Part shown: one piece after another, positions 8,165 to 14,982 of the stretch
How positions within the stretch are numbered: the first letter of the stretch is position 1
How the letters are laid out: each line of letters opens with the position of its first letter
From: Candidatus Thorarchaeota archaeon AB_25
GTDB taxonomy: Archaea > Asgardarchaeota > Thorarchaeia > Thorarchaeales > Thorarchaeaceae
Direction: 5' to 3'
Length of the DNA stretch: 22,249 bases
NCBI GenBank assembly: GCA_001940705.1
Contig: MEHG01000028.1
Coordinates: forward strand, 1-22,249
Program-made: the position numbers and the translations under genes
The notes under the pieces: model-generated
Told to the model about the DNA's origin: nothing
Databases searched by the model: none
What the model saw: the letters and a program-made list of their open reading frames with translations, nothing else

Positions 8165-9382
8165 ATGGCAGATAGGGTAGACCATGGACTAAAAACATTG
8201 CTTGCAAAAGCGGTTGAGTTGGACCAGAGGGGTATGAAGAAAGATGCTTGTCAAGAATATCTCAAGGCAAGCAAGATTCTCATCAAGTTATCAAACTCTG
8301 CGGCACTACCTTCAGTCAAAAAGCACTATCTTGACAGAGCTCAAGAGTGTGTAGACAGAGTAAGGTATCTCTCAGGAATTAAGAAGATGGCACATGGACC
8401 AGTTGATGGGCTTGTTGCTCCTCCGAAAGTTGATGTTGGTACTACCGAACCGGTACCAATCCAAGAAACCTCGAAAGCTGAAGTAGAGCTGGATGACGAG
8501 GAAAAACGACTCAGAGAGATGATATCAGACACTATCATCACTGAGCGTCCTAACATGAAAATGTCAGAGGTTGCAGGTCTTGCAGATGCAAAACAAGCAA
8601 TCGATGATGCAATAGTAGTACCCATGAAACATCCAGAGCTTTTCAAAGGAAAGGCAAGACAACCCTGGAGAGGAATCCTGTTCTATGGACCTGCAGGGTG
8701 TGGAAAGACCCTGGTTGCTAAAGCTGTAGCATCGGAGGTCAATGCCACATTCTTCAACGTCTCAGCTGCGAACATTGTAAGCAAATGGTTGGGCGAGTCT
8801 GAGCGGCTTGTGATGAACCTCTTTGGATTAGCCAGAAAGAACCAGCCTGCAATCATTTTCATTGACGAGCTCGATTCTATAGGAGTTTCCAGATCAGGGG
8901 ATGATGTTGGTGGTGAAAGGCGTTTGAAGACTCAATTACTCACCGAGCTCCAAGGACTTGCTAGTAATGAGGAGGATCGCATTACTCTAATTGGAGCAAC
9001 TAACCTTCCTTGGGAGCTTGATTTTGCACTGCGTTCGAGGTTTGAGAAGAAGATCCATGTTCCACTACCCGGGAAAGAAGCACGCGCAAAGATATTCGAG
9101 ATTCACATGGAAGATGTTGAGGTCTCCCCCACCGTCGAGTACGAAGAGCTTGCAGACCTTACTGAGGGATACAGTGGAAGAGACATCAGCGTTGTTTGTC
9201 GTGAGGCAGCCATGGAACCAATCAGGGATTTGCAAAGGACAGGTAGAATGGACGATGAGCAGGAGATACTCGACATCCGACCCGTATCTAGGGATGACTT
9301 CCTGCATGCCATAGAAAACATTCGCCCTGCAACTCCTCCAGAGGATGTCAAGAGATACATTGACTGGGCGGAGGGTTCCTAA
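8165..9382 (+). CDS. vps4: Vps4-type AAA+ ATPase (N-terminal MIT domain plus one AAA cassette)
   Basis: 405-aa ORF.
- N-terminal three-helix MIT-like region: KTLLAKAVELDQRGMKKDACQEYLKASKILIKL...KKHYLDRAQECVDRVRYL.
- Walker A: GPAGCGKT at 8687-8710.
- Pore loop: SKWLGESE, typical of the Vps4/katanin/spastin clade.
- Walker B: IIFIDELD at 8852-8875.
- Second region of homology: TNLPWELDFALRSRFEKKIHVPLP.
- C-terminal Vps4-type helix: RDDFLHAIENIRPATPPEDVKRYIDWAE. Confidence 0.93.
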   Translation: MADRVDHGLKTLLAKAVELDQRGMKKDACQEYLKASKILIKLSNSAALPSVKKHYLDRAQECVDRVRYLSGIKKMAHGPVDGLVAPPKVDVGTTEPVPIQETSKAEVELDDEEKRLREMISDTIITERPNMKMSEVAGLADAKQAIDDAIVVPMKHPELFKGKARQPWRGILFYGPAGCGKTLVAKAVASEVNATFFNVSAANIVSKWLGESERLVMNLFGLARKNQPAIIFIDELDSIGVSRSGDDVGGERRLKTQLLTELQGLASNEEDRITLIGATNLPWELDFALRSRFEKKIHVPLPGKEARAKIFEIHMEDVEVSPTVEYEELADLTEGYSGRDISVVCREAAMEPIRDLQRTGRMDDEQEILDIRPVSRDDFLHAIENIRPATPPEDVKRYIDWAEGS

Positions 9383-9385
9383 AGA

Positions 9386-10123
9386 TTGGGCGTTAGGGAG
9401 AGAAAGAAAGAGAAGACAAAGACTAAGGAATCAACCGAACCTGCAGAACAGGAACAGGTTGAATCATCTCCCGATGTCAAAGAGACCATAACTGAAGAAG
9501 AGGTTCATACACCAGAGGTTGTTGTTGAAGTCGCAGAAGCTGTAGAAACCATGGAGCCTGAGAAACAGGCAGAGGCTGTAAATGAAACAGTTTCAGAGGT
9601 TGTTGTGGCAGAACCCGATTTCGTGATGCCTAGTTGGGGAGATGTTGAGGAAACTGAATGGATGTACGGTATACCGACCCGAGAGGAGGATAGAACCCTC
9701 TGGGCAGAGGAATGGTCAGACTATCTATTGGAATGGACCAAGGAGAAGAAAGTACATGTTCTCTCACTGGCCACCATCATCAGTGAGCCGCCATTCAAGG
9801 ATTTGCGAAACAAGGTGGACTCATTCAAGGCGATTGCAGCAGTCCTAATTGACAAAGAAGTTGCTGAGTGGGTAGACAAGAAAAAGCGACAACTAAGAGT
9901 CTATTGGAGGCCTCTTGAGGATTGGGTGGACATCCTCTATCAATGGGCACTCAAAACAGGAAAGCTCAGGCTCGATGTGAAATCAATAGTCATTCAGGAA
10001 ATAGATGAAGACTTTGCCACCTTACCGGAGAAGGACATACAAATTGTGCTAGCTCTCATGGTGAAGAAAAAACTGGCAGAATGGATTGATGAGAAGAGAG
10101 GAGCAATTCTGATTTCCACATAG
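9386..10123 (+). CDS. vps25: ESCRT-II subunit Vps25 homologue (tandem winged-helix) with an acidic N-terminal extension
   Basis: 245-aa ORF. The core (residues about 88-245) closely resembles eukaryotic Vps25 as I know it. In particular, AEWVDKKKRQLRVYWRPLEDWVDILYQWALKTGK matches the Vps25 block LEW.DK.K..F.I.WR.PEEW...IY.W....G, and a second winged helix follows (FATLPEKDIQIVLALMVKKKLAEWI). The TTG start at 9386 lies 3 nt after the vps4 stop, with GGAGG at 9370-9374. Alternative starts are the internal ATGs at codons 56, 81 and 93. Confidence 0.88.
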   Translation: MGVRERKKEKTKTKESTEPAEQEQVESSPDVKETITEEEVHTPEVVVEVAEAVETMEPEKQAEAVNETVSEVVVAEPDFVMPSWGDVEETEWMYGIPTREEDRTLWAEEWSDYLLEWTKEKKVHVLSLATIISEPPFKDLRNKVDSFKAIAAVLIDKEVAEWVDKKKRQLRVYWRPLEDWVDILYQWALKTGKLRLDVKSIVIQEIDEDFATLPEKDIQIVLALMVKKKLAEWIDEKRGAILIST

Positions 10124-10125
10124 AA

Positions 10126-10917
10126 TCAGTAAGCACCTGTGTGTCTTGGATCAGAATTATCACGAGCCCGGAGTCCAGGGAAGTAATACCGACCACCTGT
10201 TGAAAAACGGATGTCTGCAACAGCCATCCCTGCTTCTACTAAACTGGATAATACTTGTCGAGCATGGTCCTCAGACCATTTGAGTTGCATAATGACTTCT
10301 TCCACAGAAACATACCCTTTGGACGCTGCTAAATTGATCACATCAGCTTGGTCACGTCTTAATTCGAGTGGTCTAAGCTCTACGACCTTAACCCCACCTC
10401 TGAGTGTACGTATTCCAGGAATGAGACCGTTTTCAGCAACACGGTTCACAGCTTCAATGACATCATTGTATGTTACAGATTCGATCTCAGGAAGACGTCG
10501 AACAACCTGGACAATTAACTCTGCTAGACCCATGAGACCCTTCGACGAGTGCTCTGTTGCGACATCAAGTATGGCGAGACCGATGTAGTCATAGAATTGG
10601 TCTAATGTCATACCCTGAAGTGACCGTCTTGGTGCAAGACCCCCAAGTCGAAGTAGAGTTGCTGCTTCAGGATAGGCTTCGATAATCCTTTCACTTGCTA
10701 CAAATGTGCCAATATCAAGACCAATCCGTTTCATGTTCTCAATCTGTGAACGAACATCGTGTAGAAGAGCTTGTGACTCCCTTTGGTAAGAACGATTATC
10801 CACTGCACCGAGATCGTAGAGTTTCTTCAACTGGTCTAATGTGGCGATTGAAGCAAAGAGTTCAGAGTGAAGTCGCTCGTGCATCGGATTGTGTCCCTTC
10901 GTTTTTCTAATCCGCAC
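10126..10917 (-). CDS. vps22: ESCRT-II EAP30-domain protein (Vps22/SNF8- or Vps36-like)
   Basis: 263-aa ORF. The C-terminal winged-helix pair reads GLMGLAELIVQVVRRLPEIESVTYNDVIEAVNRVAENGL...KGYVSVEEVIMQLKWSEDHARQVLSSLVEAGMAVADIRFSTGGRYYFPGL. The block GYV.V.E....LKW....ARQVL..L..EG.A..D closely matches SNF8/Vps22 as I remember it. The start is a GTG at 10917 or an ATG at 10884 (MHERLHSELF...). Confidence 0.88.
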   Translation of the reverse strand: MRIRKTKGHNPMHERLHSELFASIATLDQLKKLYDLGAVDNRSYQRESQALLHDVRSQIENMKRIGLDIGTFVASERIIEAYPEAATLLRLGGLAPRRSLQGMTLDQFYDYIGLAILDVATEHSSKGLMGLAELIVQVVRRLPEIESVTYNDVIEAVNRVAENGLIPGIRTLRGGVKVVELRPLELRRDQADVINLAASKGYVSVEEVIMQLKWSEDHARQVLSSLVEAGMAVADIRFSTGGRYYFPGLRARDNSDPRHTGAY

Positions 10918-10970
10918 TAGGTCGGTAAATGTTCTAGAATCACTCGGGCTTTAAGAGAGAGTATTATCGG

Positions 10971-12329
10971 CTATGGTGTTATCCTGTCACGGTCACGAGG
11001 TAGCAATGTAGCCTCTCGTATATTGTCGATATCCAGAAGTTGCATCGTCAGACGTTCAACTCCTAGACCTATTCCACCATGCGGAGGCGCGCCATACTTG
11101 AACGGATCCAAATAAAATGCAAAATCATCTAGGTTGAAATCCTTTGCCTTGAAACGCTCAACAAGTAGATCGTATAGATGGATACGTTGACTTCCAGTAG
11201 TAATCTCCATACCCTTGTAGGTCAGGTCAAAGCTCTCAGTCATTCCTTCATCTGTTAGACTTGGCATTGTGTATGCAGGTCTAAGTTCTAACGGATAGTG
11301 TGTGATAAAGACCATGTCAGTTCCATATTTCTCTGGAAAGATATCTCCGAGAAGACGCTCACACTCAGGATCAAGGTCATCAGTTATTGTAAGGTCTTTT
11401 CCAGCCTCGTTAACGAGCTCAATGGCTTCAGAGTATTTTATTCTCTTGAAGGGCAATTTAGGTATTTCAAAGGCAACACCAAGAAGCTCAAGCTCGGCTG
11501 CGACATGTTTCTTGGTCTTAGTGAATGAGTGGTGAAGCATCTGCTCCTCCATCTTCATGACATCGTCAACATCACTAATCCAACCCATCTCATAGTCAAA
11601 GGATGTGTATTCGTTGACGTGACGTCTTGTATTGTGCTTCTCTGCACGGAACACGGGAGCAATCTCGAATACTCTACCAAAACCAGCTAGCACCATCAGC
11701 TGTTTGTAAAACTGGGGACTCTGTGCGAGGTATGCTTTCTTATCGAAATACTTGATTTCGAAGAGGTTTGCGCCACCTTCAGTAGCCTCAGCAACAATCT
11801 TGGGGGTATGAATCTCAACAAAGTCGTTGCTCTCCAAGAACTCACGGGCAAATCGCACTAGACTGTGTTGAACTCTGAAGATGGCATTGATTGTTGGTTT
11901 TCGGAGGTCGAGTATACGGTGATTCAATCGAGTATCTAGCTCAATGTCGACTTTTCCCTCTACTACATCGATTGGAAGACGTTCAGCGGTGTTTAGAATC
12001 CTAATCCTAGTTGGAATGACTTCAGCACCAGCAGCTACCTGTTTTGTTGCAACCACTGTTCCATGAACGGAAACTACTGTTTCAGGTTTGAGAGCCCCAG
12101 CAGTCAAGAAGACTTCTTCTGAAACCTTCTTCTGAGGGATAGTGACCTGCACTATTCCATGTTCATCTCTAAGAATCAGGAATTTGATCTTCCCCTTATC
12201 TCTGAGAGTATGGGTCCAGCCCATCAGGATGACCTCTTTTCCATCTAGCTTTGAAGTGATCTCATTGCTAAAGTGGGTACGAGTCGCATCACCAATCTGT
12301 TCAGTGCCAGCCTTTTCATAGAAGTTCAT
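10971..12329 (-). CDS. aspS: Aspartyl-tRNA synthetase, archaeal/eukaryotic type (class IIb)
   Basis: 452-aa ORF. It has an N-terminal OB-fold anticodon-binding region, then motif 1/2 context including AYLAQSPQFYKQLMVLAGFGRVFEIAPVFRAE, and class II motif 3 (GAPPHGGIGLGVERLTMQLLDIDNIREATLLPRDRDRITP). The QSPQ.YKQ block and the PRD..R.TP tail are typical of archaeal AspRS rather than AsnRS. Confidence 0.92.
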   Translation of the reverse strand: MNFYEKAGTEQIGDATRTHFSNEITSKLDGKEVILMGWTHTLRDKGKIKFLILRDEHGIVQVTIPQKKVSEEVFLTAGALKPETVVSVHGTVVATKQVAAGAEVIPTRIRILNTAERLPIDVVEGKVDIELDTRLNHRILDLRKPTINAIFRVQHSLVRFAREFLESNDFVEIHTPKIVAEATEGGANLFEIKYFDKKAYLAQSPQFYKQLMVLAGFGRVFEIAPVFRAEKHNTRRHVNEYTSFDYEMGWISDVDDVMKMEEQMLHHSFTKTKKHVAAELELLGVAFEIPKLPFKRIKYSEAIELVNEAGKDLTITDDLDPECERLLGDIFPEKYGTDMVFITHYPLELRPAYTMPSLTDEGMTESFDLTYKGMEITTGSQRIHLYDLLVERFKAKDFNLDDFAFYLDPFKYGAPPHGGIGLGVERLTMQLLDIDNIREATLLPRDRDRITP

Positions 12330-12461
12330 TCTTCTTGCCTCAGTCTGAGTTCAATCAGCTGGTGTCTGAGTACATTATGAGGCTTTTGGAAACCATCAGA
12401 ATTGGGAGTTGAAGATGGTCTGGGACCATTCCCAGATACCACCTTCTGGATCACTGTTCCC

Positions 12462-12674
12462 CTACATGGGTGCCTGAACCAGCTCATAGACCCGCTCCCT
12501 CGCGTCGCTCTCATGTTCCTCTTCCCGAATTAGACCTAGCGCCTTCAGTCTACTGAGACCGTAGTTCACTGTCCTAGGAGGAAGGAATGTTATGCTGATC
12601 AGGTCTTGCCGGGATATTCGTCGTCGGTCCCTAAGCAGCACGTAGAGAAACTTCGCAGAAGGAGGTAGAGCCAA
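12462..12674 (-). CDS. Small winged helix-turn-helix DNA-binding protein (MarR/ArsR-like fold)
   Basis: 70-aa ORF. The sequence AKFLYVLLRDRRRISRQDLISITFLPPRTVNYGLSRLKALGLIREEE follows the classic wHTH pattern of helix, turn, recognition helix and wing. The only available start is a TTG at 12674, because an in-frame stop lies 13 codons upstream. The short length and non-ATG start lower my confidence. Confidence 0.55.
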   Translation of the reverse strand: MALPPSAKFLYVLLRDRRRISRQDLISITFLPPRTVNYGLSRLKALGLIREEEHESDARERVYELVQAPM

Positions 12675-12817
12675 GAATGAGCGTCGGGCAAAGGTGATCC
12701 CACCGTAATATTGTTACCATGTATCATATACCTCCGTATCGTTTCGTTTTCTAGCCGTAGGTTCATTGATAAGCTTTAGCATCAGAGAATTCATTGAAAT
12801 GAGGAGTTGACTATGAA

Positions 12818-13474
12818 ATGGTTTCATGGGATCAGTTGACAATTAAAGGGTACAATGGTAGACCTTTGAAGAATACATTCTTCCGGCATTCTACTGACAC
12901 TCAGAAAGTTGCCATCGTTTTCCCAGGACTGGCATATAATTCCAAAATGCCACTACTTCATTACACGATTAATACCATTATTGATAGTGGTGTCAACGTA
13001 CTCGCCATTGACTATGATTACTCTAACAATCCTGAATTCTTGAAACAGTCACAAAGGACCCAATCAGATTGGTTGATTGAAGATGTCGAAGCGGGTCTTA
13101 AGGTCATAACAGAGGAAGAGAAGCAGGAAATCGTCTGTTTAGCCGGGAAGTCATTGGGTACACTGGCCTTGGGGCATCTACTTGAAACACATAAAGACCT
13201 AAGAGATACCAAAACAATTTGGTTAACGCCCTTAATCAAAAATCCTGAGCTTTTGGAACAGATGCTCGCTTATATGAAAGATGCAATTTTGGTTATTGGA
13301 GCCAAAGACTCCCATTATGATAGTGACATCATAGATCGTTTGAATGCGACTACTCAACTCGGGGGGATAGTCATAGAAGAGGCGAATCATAGTCTAGAGA
13401 TAGAAGGAGATGTTACCAAGTCACTGAGGGTACTTATGCAAATTGTTTCTGTTTTGCAGCAGTTCTTAACTTGA
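12818..13474 (+). CDS. Alpha/beta-fold hydrolase (small serine hydrolase/esterase-like)
   Basis: 218-aa ORF. It has a nucleophile elbow GKSLG (LAGKSLGTLALGHL), a beta-strand/helix alternation typical of the fold, and candidate acid (GAKDSHYD) and histidine (EEANHSLE) residues. GAGGAG at 12801-12806 lies upstream of the ATG at 12818. Substrate unknown. Confidence 0.7.
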   Translation: MVSWDQLTIKGYNGRPLKNTFFRHSTDTQKVAIVFPGLAYNSKMPLLHYTINTIIDSGVNVLAIDYDYSNNPEFLKQSQRTQSDWLIEDVEAGLKVITEEEKQEIVCLAGKSLGTLALGHLLETHKDLRDTKTIWLTPLIKNPELLEQMLAYMKDAILVIGAKDSHYDSDIIDRLNATTQLGGIVIEEANHSLEIEGDVTKSLRVLMQIVSVLQQFLT

Positions 13475-13485
13475 ATAAAAAGAAT

Positions 13486-14760
13486 CTAGTGTGTGGGAAC
13501 GTGCTGTTCAGTCGCAGGCATGCTTGGTCGTTCATTGGCTTGCCAGAAGTCTACAATCATGTTTAGCAATTCAGCGATTCCTTGTCCTGTTATAGTTGAA
13601 GTTTCAATGAAGAACAATGGATGAGAATTTCCATCTTCTCCGAGACTCTTAGCAACTTTATTGCAATATTCACGAGCCTCTTCTGTTGAGACAGGAATTT
13701 CCACCTCATCATCCTCATCATAGACGGGATGATCACGGAGGTCAGTCTTATTTCCGACTACAATTATCGGTGGAGGAATTAGGAATGCACTGGAAATCTC
13801 CCGAACCCAGAAATCAAGACTGTCGAAGCTCCATCTGTCAGCCACAGAATAGACAAGTGTTACAATTCCGGCACCAGTGTAGAACTCTGTCTTTGGTATT
13901 TTGGCTTCCATACTCTTTGGAAATGTCCAGGCGTCGACTCTAACATTCACATCGTTGTTTTCAACAATGTTACTAAATATGAAGGGTTTTGTTTGAGGTA
14001 TATCAAGAGAGGAGTAATCATTTCCGAGTTTCAGATTAGACTCAAAGAGTATACTATTGACTCCTACTCCTTCTTCACCAAGGAACAGGACTTTCAGGTC
14101 AAATATGTCCGAAACCACTTCAGGTGTTGATTTATCATCTTCAGATACATCTTGCAAAGCTGAAACAACTTCAGGATCATCCCAAATGAATTTCACGGGT
14201 TTCTCTTCTTCGGATGATTGTGTTCTTGGTGTAGGAGTGCTTGTTGGTATATTCTCCGAATGGAAGGAATAGACCAAGCCTTTGACTTCATCGCTGAGGG
14301 GAATATCCCAGATACTTGTTTGTTGAGGTGCTGGAGCGTCAATCTTCAGTTCCTCAGGCTCTGAAACGGGATGTATCAGATTGCTTTTGATATCATCGGG
14401 AATCCCACCTTTGCCAGTTGGAGAAAGGAATTCATCCTTTAGTGAATCAAGAAGATTCAAAGCTCTTGAGAGTTCTAACAGATCCTCCTTTGTTAGCTCG
14501 TCCTCTCCAGGAATCACATCAACCTCGGGAAGACCGATTCTCTTCAAAATGAACTTGAGAATCGGGGGGGGAACATTGAATCCTCGTAGATATGCAAATC
14601 GTTGGACCTCCTCCATGATATCTTTGAACGATCTACCTGCAAATTTCAATCTACGATTTACAGCTGGGTCTACGATGTAAATGCGATTGACTTTGAGACT
14701 TATGTCAATATTAGTCCCTGGAATTTGCATCTTTACGACAACCATACCTTCCTCGTTCAT
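13486..14760 (-). CDS. Two-part protein: unknown N-terminal domain plus acidic/Pro-rich linker plus C-terminal Ras-superfamily small-GTPase-like domain with degenerate G1/G3 motifs
   Basis: 424-aa ORF. Residues about 222-405 align by eye to Rab/Ras.
- G1 equivalent: KVLFLGEEGVGVNSILFE (14053-14079), with no Lys or Ser/Thr at the GK[ST] positions.
- G3 equivalent: VDAWTFP in place of DxxGQ (13918-13935).
- G4: an intact GNKTDL (13741-13755).
- G5-like: ETSTITGQGI.

The N-terminal 220 residues contain nothing I can name. Confidence 0.8.
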   Translation of the reverse strand: MNEEGMVVVKMQIPGTNIDISLKVNRIYIVDPAVNRRLKFAGRSFKDIMEEVQRFAYLRGFNVPPPILKFILKRIGLPEVDVIPGEDELTKEDLLELSRALNLLDSLKDEFLSPTGKGGIPDDIKSNLIHPVSEPEELKIDAPAPQQTSIWDIPLSDEVKGLVYSFHSENIPTSTPTPRTQSSEEEKPVKFIWDDPEVVSALQDVSEDDKSTPEVVSDIFDLKVLFLGEEGVGVNSILFESNLKLGNDYSSLDIPQTKPFIFSNIVENNDVNVRVDAWTFPKSMEAKIPKTEFYTGAGIVTLVYSVADRWSFDSLDFWVREISSAFLIPPPIIVVGNKTDLRDHPVYDEDDEVEIPVSTEEAREYCNKVAKSLGEDGNSHPLFFIETSTITGQGIAELLNMIVDFWQANERPSMPATEQHVPTH

Positions 14761-14982
14761 ATTTAATAATATGAAGTATGATTAATTACTATTCTTATAT
14801 ATTAAAGGTTTTCTTACATGATTAAATGAGGAGAAGATGAGTCCAGACCCGTTTTAGAAGGAAAACGATATGGATCACTTTGAAAATTCAGTCTTGTTCA
14901 TCAGGAAGATAGGCGAAGCGCCATATATTGAAATGTGTGAGGATTATTATCAATTCACTAGAGCATCTCAATTATAACAAGA
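14761..14982. promoter_or_regulatory. AT-rich divergent intergenic region between the GTPase-like gene (-) and the LRR gene (+)
   Basis: A 222-nt gap. The left half is very AT-rich (ATTTAATAATATGAAGTATGATTAATTACTATTCTTATATATTAAAGG) with several TATA-like elements. I cannot call promoter positions. Confidence 0.35.

Noticed and set aside
10211-10588. 125-aa plus-strand ORF antisense to the EAP30 gene
   Set aside because: It is a shadow ORF opposite a gene with a strong Vps22-like signature. The translation is Ser/Thr-rich with no motif.
12326-12514. 62-aa minus-strand ORF bridging the wHTH gene end and the aspS start
   Set aside because: It overlaps the better-supported wHTH ORF in another frame and has no motif. 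The region is more plausibly the aspS 5' untranslated or promoter region.
14870-14977. 35-codon ATG-initiated small ORF (MDHFENSVLFIRKIGEAPYIEMCEDYYQFTRASQL) just upstream of the LRR gene, in a different frame
   Set aside because: It is below any reasonable evidence threshold, with no clear ribosome-binding site and no motif. It could be an upstream ORF or the remnant of a frameshifted N-terminus, but I cannot support either reading from this sequence alone.
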